Source of the DNA: Mobula hypostoma
Taxonomy: Eukaryota
DNA length: 64,000 nt
Assembly (NCBI RefSeq): GCF_963921235.1
Contig: NC_086097.1
Location: 39,496,001 to 39,560,000 of the forward strand
Reading direction: 5' to 3'
Shown in pieces: positions 50,180 through 63,357 of the stretch. Positions within the stretch are counted from its first letter, which is position 1; each line of letters begins with the position of its first letter. A model generated the notes under the pieces. The model was not told where the DNA came from and searched no databases. It saw only the letters and a program-made list of their open reading frames with translations. Position numbers and translations under genes: made by a program.

Positions 50180-52190
50180 TATTGAATTGAATTGACTTTA
50201 TTACTTACATCCTTTACATATATGAGGAGTAAAAATCTTTACGTTACTTCTCTGTTTAAATGTGCAATGTGCAATCGTAGTAATTTATAATGGTTTATAA
50301 TAAATAGAACAGTCAATTTAACATAGAAATACACTCAGAGTGAGTTAATTGGTCTGATGGCCTGGTGAAGAAGCTGTCCCGGAGCTTGTTGGTCCTGGCT
50401 TTTATGCTGCGGTACTGTTTCCTAGATGGTAGCAGCTGGAATAGATTGTGGTTGGGGTGACTCAGGTCCCCAGTGATCCTTTGGGCTCTTTTCTCACACC
50501 TGTCTTCGTAAATGTCCTGAATCATGGGAAGTTCACAACTGCAGATGCACTGGGCTGTCCGCATCACTCTCTGCAGAGTCCTGCGATTGAGGGGAGTACA
50601 GTTCCCTTACCAGGCAGTGATGCAGCCAGTCAGGATGCTCTCAATTGTGCCCCTGTAGAAGATTCTTAGGATTTGGGGGCCCATACCAAACTTCCTCAAG
50701 CGTCTGAGGTGAAAGAGGTGCTGTTGTGCCTTTTTCACCACACAGCTGGTGTGTACAGACCACGTGAGGTCCTCGGTGATGTGGATGCTGAGGAGCTTAA
50801 AGCTATTTACTCTCTCAACACCAGATCCATTGATGTCAATAGGGGTTAGCCCGACTCCATTCCTCCTGTAGTCCATAACCAACTCCTTTGTTTTTGCCAC
50901 ATTGAGGAGAGGTTGTTTTCTTGTCACCACTGTGTCAGTGAGATGACTTCTTCCCTGTAGGCCACCTCGTACTTTTGAGATAAGGCCAATCAATGCAGTG
51001 TTGTCGGCAAATTTAGTTAGCAGATTAGAGCTGTAGGTGGCGACACATTCATGGGTATACAGGGAGGGGACAGTAAAGGAGGGGACTACACAGCCCTGAG
51101 GGGCTCCTGTACTGAGAGTCAGAGGGTTGGAGGTGAGGGAGCCCACTCTTACAACCTGCTGGCAATCTGACTGGTAGTCCAGGATCCAGCTGCACAAGGC
51201 AGGGTCAAGGCCGTGATCTCTGAGCTTCTTATCGAGCCTGGATGGAACTATGGTGTTGAATGCTGAACTGTAGTCCAAGAACAGCACTCTCACATAAGCA
51301 TCCTTCTCCAGATGTGTAAGGGTGGTATGTAGAGCAGTGGCTATTGCGTCGTCTGTCGATCGGTTATGTTGGTAGGCGAATTGTAGGGGGTCCAGTTTGG
51401 GTGGTAGCAACCTGTAGGTGTAATCCTTGACCAGCCTCTCAAAGCATTTGCTTATTAATGAAGTGAGTGCGACAGGACGCCAGTCGTTCACGCATGTTAC
51501 CTTGGTCTTTTTTGGTACAGGAAGAATGGTGGATAATTTGAAGCAGGAGGGCACTCTACACTGGGAGAGGGAGAGATTAAAAATGTCAGTAAACACACCT
51601 GCCAGTTGTGCTGCGCACATCCTGAGTACTCGCCCTAGGCTGCCGTCCGGTAATGTCATATGTTGAAAGATTGGAGCGTCTGGGCTTGTATACGCTGGAA
51701 TTTAGAAGGATGAGAGGGGATCTGATTGAAACATATAAGATTATTAAGGGATTGGACACGCTAGAGGCAGGAAACATTTTCCCGATGTTGGGGGAGTCCA
51801 GAACCAGAGGCTACAGTTTAAGAATAAGGGGTAGGCCATTTAGAACAGAGTTGAGGAAAAACTTTTTCACACAGAGGGTTGTGGACCTATGGAATACTCT
51901 GCCTAAGAAGGCAGTGGAGGCCAATTCTCTGGATTCTTTCAAGAAAGAGTTAGATAGCGCTCTTAAAGATAGCGGATTCAAGGGATATGGGGAGAAGGCA
52001 GGAACAGGGTACTGATTGTGGATGATCAGCCATGATCACAGTTAATGGTGGTGCTGGCTCGAAGGGCCGAATGGCCTACTCCTGCACCTATTGTCTATTG
52101 TCCCGCAGCCTTGCGACTGTCCACTCATTGGAAACATCTGTGTACCTCAGCCTCAGAGATGACCAGATTGCAGGTTATAGGGGTGGCTTT
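50180..52190 (-). mobile_element. Rex1/Babar LINE (second family) interrupted by a CR1
   Basis: [32 protein letters not shown]. The KAAG-PDG motif is split at ~51650/52100. (aattg)n tail at ~50185. Confidence 0.9.
51651..52100 (+). mobile_element. CR1 3' fragment nested in Rex1
   Basis: Intact C-terminal ORF ([21 protein letters not shown]..); (ctattgt)n tail. Confidence 0.9.
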
Positions 52191-52327
52191 CCTCGGAGTT
52201 AGCAACATTGAACCGAGCATAAAAGTGTGTATAAAAAACTGATGTATGAAGGTGCAGGTCAAGAAATATCTGTTAAAGGTGACACTTGTGAAAGATCAAG
52301 AGGTGAGTGTTAGAGAAGTGCATGCAC

Positions 52328-52877
52328 CCTGGTCAGACCCCACTTGGAGTACTGTGCTCAGTTCTGGTCACCTCACTACAGGAAGGATGTGGAAACTGTA
52401 GAAGGGGTGCAGAGGAGATTTACAAGGACGTTGCCTGGATTGGGGAGCATGCCTTATGAAAACAGGTTGAGTGAACTCGGCCTTTTCTCCCTGGAGCAAT
52501 GGAGGATGAGAGGCAAACTGATAGAGGTGTATAAGATATTGAGAGGCATTGATCGTGTGGATAGTCAGAGGCTTTTTCCCAGGGCTGAAATGGCTGCCAC
52601 AAGAAGACACAGGTTTAAGGTGCTTGGGAGTAGGTATCGAGGAGATGTCAGGGGTAAGTTTTTTATGCAGGGAGTGGTGAGTATGTGGAATGGGCTGTCG
52701 GCAACGGTGGTGGAGGCGGATACAATGGGGTCTTTTAAGAGACTTTTGGATAGGTACATGGAGTTTAGAAAAATAGACGGCTATGGGTAATCCTAGTAAT
52801 TTCTAAGGCAGGGACATGTTCGGCACAACTTTGTGGGCCAAAGGGCCTGTATTGTGCTGTAGGTTTTCTATGTTTCT
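52328..52877 (+). mobile_element. CR1 3' fragment
   Basis: LEYCAQFWSPHYRKDV..; ttctatgt tail. Confidence 0.9.
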
Positions 52878-53049
52878 ATCTCACAGGAAGGGAATGGCCA
52901 GTGGTAGTTTCCTTAGGGTGCTGCATACTCTTTCTGCTTGTGCATGTCATCTGTCTATTTCTGTTGTGGAGACCTGGGATGTAGAAAGACCTTGCCAATG
53001 TTCCTTCTCTGATTTTGTGCAATCTCAAGCCAGTAATTCCATGTACAAG

Positions 53050-54530
53050 TAAACAGATGGATTAGCAGCAATAGTAGGCCATTCAGCCCATTTAGCTTTC
53101 TATTAGATCGTGCCTGATCTGATTGTAAACTCATTTCCTCATTCCAGTCTACACACACTCAAGTTCATTCCTGACTAGTCAAAAATCTAACTACCTCCGC
53201 CTTAAAAATGCTCAAAGACTTTGCTTCCAATGCTCTTTGCGTTCCAAAGAATTGTGACCTTCTGAGACTAAGAAATGGTTTGTTTATTTTTAAATGAATG
53301 TTATTTTATTTTTAAATAGTAATCACATCTTAGATTCTCCCACAAGGAAATATTCTATTCATAACTAATGTTTCAAGGCCTTCAGAATCTTGTATTCTGC
53401 AATCATGCTGCTCCTTACCCTTCCATACTCCAGTAGGTTCAAACTTAATCTATTCACCTTTCTGTCCATATCCAGTATAACTCTAAATAACTCTCAGTTG
53501 CTTCCAATACATTTAAAATATTCAAAGAATCAAAGCACATTTATTATCAAAGAATGTATAAATTATACGCCTTGAGATCTGAATGCTTCCCAGGCAGCCA
53601 CAAAGCACGAAACCCAAATAATCCAATTACAAAGAAAAAGAAAGACCAAAAGACCACTGCGCAAAGAAAGAGGGAAAAAAATCCAACAAATCATGCAAAC
53701 AATAGAAGCAAGCCAACAACATTCTGAACCAGACAGGGTCCCCAGATCTGTTCCTGGAGCAGCCGCAGTAGGCCTCTATTTTACCCAGTACTCCCAGATG
53801 TAGTCTCACCAATGCCCTATTTAATTGAAGCCCATTATCAATCATATTACCAACTCAACCATGAGCTCTTATTTTCTGTATGGACTTTTGATGTGGAACC
53901 TTATCAAATACTTCCTGGAGATCTAAGTAAATGGCATCTGCTGCTTGCTCTTTATCCACAGCATACTTTAATTAGACCATAAGACAAAGGAGTAGAATTG
54001 GACCATTTGGCTCATTGAGTCTGCTCCACCATTCAATCATGGCTGATCCATTTTTCCCTTCCTCAACCCCTCTCCCCGGCCTTCTCCCTGTAACCTTTTA
54101 TGCCGTATCCAATCAGGAACCTATCAAGCTCTGCCTTAAATACACCCACGACCTGACCACCATAGCTGCCTGTGGTAACAAATTCACCACCATCTGGCTA
54201 AAGACATTTCTCTGCATTTGTTTTATATGGATGCCTCTCTATACCGAGTCTGTTCCCTCTTGTCCTAGACTTTTTCACCACGGGAAACATCCTTTCCACA
54301 TCTACTCTGTCTAGCCTTTTCAACATTTAAAAGGTTTCAATGAGATACTCCCTCATCCTTCTAAATTCCAGTGAGTACAGACCCAGAGCTATCAAACGTT
54401 CTTCGTATTCCTGGAATCATCCTTGTGAACTCCTTCTGGTTCTTCAAAGATCCCCAGTAAATTAGTCAAACATGATTTCCATTTCACAAAACCACGTAGA
54501 CTTTTCCTAATTGCCTTAAATGTTTCTAAT
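53050..54530 (-). mobile_element. Old CR1 with nested inserts (repeat 53520-53780, younger CR1 53973-54440)
   Basis: Minus-strand CR1 tails at 53050 and 53973; degenerate RT motifs at 53880-53970 and 54450-54530. Confidence 0.65.
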
Positions 54531-54534
54531 AAGT

Positions 54535-55040
54535 CAGTGAGGATGTTGCATTTTTCTTTCAAGGAGACTTTGAGAACATCCTTGAATTTCCTTTTACGTC
54601 TTCTTTAAATTCTCTTGCCACAATGGAGCTCAAAGTGGAGTAGAGTAACATTCGGAGCCTAGAATGAGGAACGTAGACGATATTGTCTGCCTGCCAAAGC
54701 TGTTTAAGCATGATCAGAGTCTTGGAGATGGTAATGTTGGGTGAGGAGAGGACAATGATATTGATTTACCTATGCAGCCAAAGGATTTGAATGATTTTGT
54801 GGGCATGTCATTGGCACACCTCTAATGGTTTGAGGTATCTGCTGCAGGTTGACCATTTCTCTGAAGCATACAAGTACGTGGGGATCAATACTTCCTGCAG
54901 CACCATGGGCTTAGTTCTAAGATTAAGGTCTAGGTTTTCAAACACTCTTTTCCTTAGTCAACCAAAAACTGAGCATTGGAGGTGTTGGTGCATTTTGTTA
55001 CAATCGTCTGCCTTCATGAAGAAGTGACTCTTGAGATATG
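54535..55040 (-). mobile_element. Old RTE LINE RT C-terminal fragment
   Basis: Hand translation of the minus strand: FG*LRKRVFENLDL..TKPMVLQEVLIPTYLYASEKW..RKFKDVLKVSLK. Confidence 0.7.
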
Positions 55041-55544
55041 AAAAGTTGCCTACGATTCCAAATGCTAATGATGACTGGTTGCTAAAAGATCATTGTCTTT
55101 AGATATTTAGCACAAGGGCTATGAGTCAACAATAACTTGTTCTGGAGTGGAAATTGCGAAAAATGAACATTTTCCATATGTTCTATTAACCAGCTGTTAG
55201 TCACTATTTATTTGTATGAAACAATGTGCTTGATATCTGAATGCATCCTATCACAGAATGATTTTAATATATGCTTTACAGCTAATTTAGCAATTTTAAT
55301 TTTACTCCCATTAAGAATAACCTCTGCAGTGGTCTAATCTTGTTTTGATTTCAATTAGAAGACACCAGGGCATTAAATAAATGTCATTTACCCAATTAAA
55401 GTGAATGATGTATTTGCTTTACCACTTTGTAAACTCCTGGGAGTTTAATGCACTGATTAAGGTGCAGTTCTTTTAAACTTCATTTTCTCCAGAGTCAATA
55501 ATAAGCTAAATGATGCTTATTTAAGATTGCAATTAAGTGGCAGA

Positions 55545-55812
55545 TAACAGCCCAGCGTTGGTGATGGATAGTTCTCTGGCCTTTGGATTCAAAGATGAGA
55601 TTGTACTCCACACATCTATGCTGCACTAAGTGTTGCATTGTCAGAAATTTCTGAAGCTTTCTCTGAGTGAGTGAATGTAAGAAAAACCCCAGAAGTCTGT
55701 TTAAGGAGGAACAGAGAATGTTTATTGATATAATAGATATTCATCAACAACACTAATAAATGGTGTAACAGGTCAGTTCTTCAATTTGCCCTGCACCTAG
55801 GGAGTGCTGTGT
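55545..55812 (+). mobile_element. Possible ancient Deu-domain SINE relic
   Basis: Degenerate resemblance, by eye, to the AmnSINE1/SacSINE1 layout (gtgttgcattgtcaga..gtgaatgtaagaaaaaccc..aggaggaacagagaatg). Confidence 0.4.
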
Positions 55813-57831
55813 TCACAAACACAAGAGATTCTGCAGATGCTGGAAACCTTGAGCAACACACATAAATTGCTGGAGGATTTCAGCACTTCAGGCAGATCTA
55901 TAGAGGGGAATAAACAGTCAACATTTCGGGCTGAAACCTGGTGAGTTCCTCCACCTATTCTGTGGGGTCCTATGTTCTCACATGTAACTTGAAAGGTATA
56001 TTTCTGAATATTTAATTGATGGTAAAGCACTGGCATAATCTGAGGATTTGAAGATGGTAATGTAGATGTTATATAAGGCTCAGGTGGGTGAAATACCTGG
56101 CTTCCAAGCATATTTTTTTTTATTGTCAATATGATTGGGGCAGATAAAATCATAAACACAAAATTATCTGCAGATGCTGGGATCAAAGGATCAGGCAGAT
56201 AAAATCACCCTGGGTAACCTGCAAAAAAAATTAGGGTTTTAGTTTTATTCCACTTTGGAAATCTGATTCCATTGACTTGACTGGAACCAACTTTTGCCTG
56301 TTGAGCATTGGCAAATGATGATAAATTCACCCCCCCCATGCTGTTTTGGTAACTCCCAGAATAATCAATTTCGTACTGTTAGGCAAGTCAATCAGTAAGA
56401 CCAGTACTACTGCTGTTGTATAAGTAGATCTGGATCCTACGACTAAGATCTGACATTTTTAATCATCTGTCATGCAGATAACAATGTGTTTATATTAAAC
56501 ATGTATTTACAGTAAGGCAGGTCATGCTGTCAGAATTATCACCTCACTATTAGACAGTGAGTCCTTAGAATGCTGTGTTTATAGGACTCGATAGAAACCA
56601 GGAATAAAGATCATAAGAAATGTTTGCAGCATTGGGCTATATGGTCACTCAAGGCTATTTAGACATGTTGATGCAAAGGATTGTCATCAATGGTGAGTAG
56701 TAATCAAGAATTAGGGCTGCTACTTAATAACTGTAACAAGATTTCTCCAGCAATCTTTGTGGCACCTTGTGCTATGTAACTTTATTCTTTCCCGGCAATA
56801 AAATCTCTGAGTTAAGACTTTGTCCAGAATTTTTGTTTCTTGCTACAGGGGAAACAATGACATAAATTGATAAACAAATGCCTTTTGCTTCCTAATTAAT
56901 ATAGCAATCCATTGGTTATTTGCTGGAGGCCACTATAATTCCAACAATTTCTTTTCCATTATAGACTATATTGATTTATATGACATGTAATATTTATTTT
57001 AATCACTCTTTTTTGAAAAAACAACTGATTGATTTATGCCAAACACTTCACAGTGTAAAACTAATGTATCAATAGCATTTGTTTAGTTTAGTCAAACTGA
57101 CATTGTAATTCTCCACAAAATTGGCCCAAGTAATGGACCACTTTAAAAAAAACATGGAAATTGAAAGCCACACTGCATGCCTGAGTAATGTAAAGTGGTC
57201 CAGGAACAGACATCCATCACTCTGTAAATGCAGCAACTTCAAAAATCTGTGAACTAGATTTTAATCTGGCCCAGAGAGATAGATGAAAATCTCCTTTTGC
57301 TGTTGGCTGTTGTGGCCCTGGAAAATAGGTCTGGAATACTGCAGCGTGCTTTATGCCTTATCGTAATAGTGATTTTTTTCATTGGTTATGTATTCTGTAT
57401 ATATTGCATACTTAACAGAAGGCTGTCAACATTATTATGAAATAACAGGCCAATCATTATTATGGTTCAATTATTATGGTTTTTTGGTGATGACTATCAG
57501 ATTTTTTTTAAAAAAAGGAGAATATGCACTGAATTGAATTCCACAGAATAAAATATATCTTTTTTTTCCTTTCAGTTTGATCTGACATTACTTTGATTTT
57601 ATGGCAGTTTAATTACTAGGATTTTCAAGGATATATTCACCATTAGAAAGGCTTTCACGATCACGAATTCTTGCCATTTTTAGTAAATATTTCACTAGGT
57701 ATTATTAAAACATTTTATCAATATGTTGGTATTCTATTAAAGATATTAATTTTAATTTCTGAGCCTGAGGGCTCAGGTCAGATCTAGGCCAGGCTGATGT
57801 GTTAAGCATACTGCTTTTCCAAAAATGACTT

Positions 57832-58808
57832 AGAAACATAGAAACATAGAAAACCTACAGCACAATACAGGCCCTACGGCCCACAAAGCTGTGCCAAACA
57901 TGTCCTTACCTTAGAAATTACCTAGGGTTACCCATAGCCCTCTATTTTTCTGAGCTTCATGTACCTGTTCAGGATACTTCTAAAAGACCCTATCGCATCC
58001 GACTCCACCACCATCTCCGGCAGTCTATTCCACGCACTCACCATTCTCTGCGTAAAAAAACTTACCTCTGATATCTCCTCTGTACCTACTTCCAAGCACC
58101 TTAAAACTATGCCTTCTCATGCTAGCCATTTCAGCCTGGGAAAAAGCCTCTGACTATCCACACGATCAGTGCCTCTCATCATCTTGTACAACTCCATCAG
58201 GTCACCTCTCATTCTCCGTCGCTCCAAGGAAAAAAGGCCGAGTTCACTCAACCTATTCTCATAAGGCATGCTCCCCAGTCCAGGCAACATCCTTGTAATT
58301 TCCTCTGCACCCTTTCTATGGTTTTCACATCCTTCCTGTAGTGAGGCAACTGGAACTGAGCACTGTACTCCAAATAGGGTCTGACTAGGGTCCTATATAG
58401 CTGTAACATTACCTCTCAGCTCCTAAATTCAATTCCACAATTGATGAAGGCCAATACACTGTACGCCTTCTTAACCACAGAGTCAACCTGCACGGCTGCT
58501 TTGAGCGTCCTATGGACTCGGATCCCAAGATCCCCCTGATCCTCCACACTGCCAAGAGTCTTACCATTAATACTATATTCTGCCATCAGATTTGACCCAC
58601 CAAAATGTACCACCTCATACTTATCTTGGTTGATCTCCATCTGTCACTTCTCAGCCCAGTTTTGCATCCTATCAATGTTCCGCTGTAACCTCTGACAGCC
58701 CTCCACACTGTTCACAACACCCCCAACCTTTGTGTCATCAGAAAATTTACTAACTCACCCCTCACTTCCACATCCAGGTCATTTATAAAAATCATGAAGA
58801 GTAGGGAC
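57832..58808 (-). mobile_element. 5'-truncated CR1
   Basis: (tagaaaca)n tail; minus-strand SKFSDDTK and QDKYEVVHFG. Confidence 0.9.
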
Positions 58809-60539
58809 TTAAACTAGGTGCACATCATTACCCAGATGAACTACAGTGGAACAGATCAATGTAATGGTTGCCTATCATTGCAACTGAGTTCAAAGTGCTT
58901 AAGTGCAAAAACGAACAATTGCAAAAGGTTCAAAGGTCCATTTACTATTAAAATATGTGTGCAATATACAACTCTGAAATTTGTCTTCTCCAGATAGCCA
59001 CAAAACAAAGAAAACCATCAAAGTTGTTCAAAAAAACACCACCCCAAATTTAAATCACAACGGCAATAAGAGCATCGACCCCACCCCATTCCACACAGAA
59101 AAACAAATCAGCCAACTGTGAGATCATCAATCCCCAACACCCCGTGCACAAAAATAAACTTACAAATAGTGCCAAATTTAAATTGCATAGCATCAATAAG
59201 TGTATCAACCTGCGCCATACAAAAGAGTAATTCTCCCCATACAGACAGATTGTGTGGTAATAAAGTACATTTAAGGAAGTCAAATGAAATTTGTTCCATT
59301 AGCCAATAATAAATCCACAACATAGATTATCCCATATTGGAACTTAATAGAGAAATCAGAATCAAAAGAAAAACAGCTTGCAGATAGGTGTATAAGACAG
59401 TATGAACTTGAAGATATTTTCAGATGTACCTTTGAGAGAAGTTGAAATAATGTCGATGTTTCATTTCCCTGTTGTTTGCATAATTCCCACATTGTTAAAG
59501 CAGCATAATTTTTGGAAGTATGAAGAGCAAGATAGCAATTATATTCCCTTTGGAAGTAGCCCCAACATTCTTCTAAAGTAAAAAAAAAGGAAATTATTTA
59601 AAATTAAAATTTTGGCTGTATCCAGAACATTGATATGTGTATGGAGAAAAGGCGTATATGAGCATATAACCCAATTTAACATGGTTTACATCAATGGTGA
59701 TTCTTAATTTATTTACCAATGAAAGCAGACTGTATTAAAAGACAAAGAAGTGACAGATTGAAAAATAAATCTATTTACCATTTACCTGAACCAACATTAT
59801 CATATTATTTCCGCAGAGTATAAATTTATGAATTTTGACATGAAATAAACTGCTTCATTGTTTGAAAGGTTTGGATATTGATATGCTATCAAAATTATTG
59901 TGAAAGTTGGAGCCTTGGTGCTTGGCTGGCCGTTGATCAATTCATGTAAAAAATTGGAGTAATTTGTTATTTTTTTAAGTCACAATTAATTTAAATCGAC
60001 CGAATCCACTCTTCATTTGCTGTTTTCCTTGGGATGGGAATTATATGTTTAATACCATCTGTGGATTTTAACCAGGGATTTTAACATTGATTTTCAAAGG
60101 AGGCATTAGACTCCAGATCTTATTCACCTACTATTTGCCAGGATTCAGGATACAAAATTATTTATCATGTGCACATGGAAAAATACAGTGAAATGCGTTG
60201 TTTGTACTTGGGAGCAGCTGGTACGAGGCCACACATTCTGGTGCCAATATAGCATGCCACATTAAAATACTAATCTTTTCAGACATGTTCTGAATTTATT
60301 GTATAGATAAAGAATAATGTATAAATAATAATAAATCTACTGGACAGCTGGACTTCATTTGAAGTTTGAGAATGCCAAAAAAAAAGATGAATGAGTGGCA
60401 GTCCAATCAGAAGTAGTGGCGTTTTGCTTCCAGTGGTGAAGTTTGATGATGCTCTACCTTCCTTACCGAAGTCTGAGCTCAGAATCTGGTTTGATGCCAA
60501 GCAGGAGAAGATAAACTGAGATCTTATTTATCCATTCTG

Positions 60540-60745
60540 GTGAATGTTAAGCATTCCTCAGCATTAAGGAAGTTATATCTAGTGGTCTGAACAATCCTTA
60601 ATCCTTGGACAAAATAACTAAGCAAACATTCTGGCCATCTTCCCTATGATACTTAAGGGAACTTACTCTGCAAACTTTAGCTGCTACACTATCACATTGC
60701 AACAGTGATTATGCTTTAAGGATTGCTTAATGAACACTTGGAGAT
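60540..60745 (+). mobile_element. Possible second Deu-domain SINE relic
   Basis: gggaacttactctgcaaactttagctgc..acattgcaacagtgattatgctt resembles the Deu SINE 3' half. Confidence 0.4.
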
Positions 60746-60938
60746 TGTATTGGTATTGGTCTTAGTTTACTATTGTTATATGCACCAAGATACCGTGAAA
60801 AGCTTGTTCCGCATACTGTTCATAAAGATCAAATCATTACACAGTGCACAAGGTGGAATAACGTAAAACGATAACAATGCAGAATAAAGTGTAAATACTA
60901 CCAAAAAACGCAGTGCAGGTATAGTAAGGTCATAACAA

Positions 60939-62034
60939 TCCTTAATCCTGTCCGCCAAGGCCTTCTCATGGCCCCTTCTGGCTCTCCTAATTTCTTTCTT
61001 AAGCTCCTTCCTGTTAGCCTTATAATCTTTTAGATCTCTATCATTACCTAGTTTTTTGAACATTTTGTAATCTCTTCTTCTTGCCTAGATTTACAACAGC
61101 CCTTGTACATCACAGTTCCTGTACCCTATAATCCCTTCCCTGTCTCATTGGAATGTACCTACGCAGAACTCCACGCAAGTATCCCCTGAACATCTGCCAC
61201 ATTTCTCTGAGAACATCTGTTACCAATTTATGCTTCCAAGCTCTTGCCTGATAGCCTCATATTTCCCCTTACTCCAATTAAACGCTTTCCTAACTTGTCT
61301 TTTCTTATCCCTCTCCAATGCTATGGTAAAGGAAATAGAATTGTGATCTCTATCTCCAAGATGCTCTCCAACTGAGAGATCTGACACCTGACTGGGTTCA
61401 TTTCCCAATACCAGATCAAGTACAGCCTCTCCTCTTGTAGGCTTATTTACATATTGAGTCAAGAAACCTTCTTGAACACACCCAACAAACTCCACCCCAT
61501 CTAAACCCTTCACTGTAGGGACATGCCAATCAATATTTGGGAAATTAAAATCTCCCACCACAACAATCCTGTTAATATTACACCCTTCCAGAATCTCTCT
61601 CCCTATCTGCTCCTCAATGTCCCTGTTACTATTGGGTGGTCTATAAAAAGCACCCAGTAGAGTTATTGACCCCTTCCTGTTCCGAACTTCCACCCACAGA
61701 GACTCTGTAGACAATCCCTCCATGACTTCCTCCTTTTCTGCAGCCATGACTCTATCTCTGATCAACAATGCCAGGTCCCCACCTCTTTTGCATACCTCCC
61801 TGTCCCTTCTGAAACATCTAAAGCCTGGCACTCAAAGTAACCATTCCTGTCCCTGAGCTATCCAAGTCTCTGTAATGGCCACAACATCGTAGCATCATAC
61901 ATGGAGCTCAGAAAAATAGAGAGCTATGGGTAATCCTAGGTAATTTCTAAGTAAGGACAGGTTTTGCACAGCTTTGTGGGCCGAAGGGCCTGTATTGTGC
62001 TGTAGGTTTTCTATGTTTCTATGTCTTTGTTTCT
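60939..62034. mobile_element. CR1 insertion with inverted 5' segment (APE region minus 60939-~61893; 3' tail plus ~61895-62034)
   Basis: Minus-strand YRPPNS, VVGDFNFP, DHNSI; plus-strand ttctatgt tail. ATAACAA at 60932-60938 and 62035-62041. Confidence 0.85.
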
Positions 62035-62046
62035 ATAACAAGGTAG

Positions 62047-63357
62047 CAGACTTCCCACCTCTCCCGGAAGTTCCGGGAGTCTCCCTCATATCGATAGTGG
62101 CTCCCTGACGCCCGGAAATAGATTTTTTTGAGAAAGAGAGGGGGAGGGAGAGCGAGCGTCCTGATTGGTCTCTGTTCGTGCTAAGCATGGTCCCCAACCA
62201 CCAGGCCACGAGGAAACGATATGATTTGGCGATATGAAATGATATGAGTCAGCTGCACCTTTCCTCATTCTCTGTCACGCACTGTTGAATTTTAACGCAC
62301 GCAAGGTCATCAGTGACCCAAGACTTGCAAAAGAATGGGTCTGTGACCCATTTGTGAATGTCCCCGGTGAATCTTCCATGTCAGCGCGGAAAAAAGATCA
62401 ACTCCTCGAGCTTGCAAATGACGGTGGGCTGAAAAGTATGTTTGACATAACATCTCTGCCGGCATTCTGGATCAAAGTCAAGGCTGCATATCCTGAGATA
62501 GCCATAAAAGCACTGAAAACGTTGCTTCCATTTCCAACATATTTCTGCGAAGCGGAGTTTTCTGCAATGAATACAACGAAAACTAAATTGCGGAATAGAT
62601 TGGACATAAGGAATCCCCTTCGAGTATCGCTGTCTCCCATCACTCCTCGATAGGACCGTCTTGTTGCTGGAAAACAAGCCCAGGGCTCCCACCGATTCAG
62701 CGATATTGGTGTGTTGCAATGATTTTATATGTTCATACGGGGAAAATGTGCGCTGTGTGTTTAATATCCAAACGTTACTTAAAATGTTATGATGCGATTG
62801 ACTTATCACCTATATTCCGGTTGTGATTAACACCCCCGCCCCCGGTCGGCCGGTTCGCAAGAATATTGTCAATATTAAACAGGTCTGCGGTGCAAAAACG
62901 ATTGCGGACCCCTGCTATGTAGACCTATCAGTTTCCTCTGTGGACGGGCTGTACAGTCGACCTCAAAAATAATGACAGTGTTGCTCGCTGCACTGTTTGC
63001 AACAGTGACTTTTCTATTGTCCATGGTGGGTTAAAACGTAAAAGACATGTTGAGGTGAGTTTAACAGGTGTTATTACAGTTTAGCTAACGTTATTTAAAC
63101 TAGCTGGCTGGCTGCCAAGGAGCTACGCTATTGATGTCCTACGTGATGAGGCCAAACTCCCTGTAGACTTGCTTAAAGTTGTAATAGAATAAACATGATA
63201 ATATAATATAAGTACATATTTTAATGTCACATTTTCTGCATATATCCAACTTGGTTTACAGATTAGACAAAATCACTGAACAAAGTTATACGTACATCCT
63301 TGGGGGTGGGGGGGGTGCTACCTCCCTGAGATGAGTTTTTGCAGGGTGGGATGTCTG
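62047..63357 (+). mobile_element. Non-autonomous hAT-like DNA transposon with 6-bp TSD
   Basis: TIRs CAGACTTCCCACC / GGTGGGATGTCTG; AGGTAG on both flanks; zinc-finger relic VARCTVCNSDFSIVHGGLKRKRHVE followed by GTGAGT at ~62980-63060. Confidence 0.85.
62186..62914 (+). mobile_element. Internally deleted Charlie/Buster hAT element nested in the previous element
   Basis: Ends CATGGTCCCCAACC / GATTGCGGACCCCTG. C-terminal dimerisation domain FWIKVKAAYPEIAIKALKTLLPFPTYFCEAEFS..KTKLRNRLD (62285-62653). Confidence 0.88.

Noticed and set aside
62285..62653. Domesticated ZBED/SCAND3-like gene exon
   Set aside because: Lies between transposon TIRs, has a premature stop and lacks the catalytic core.
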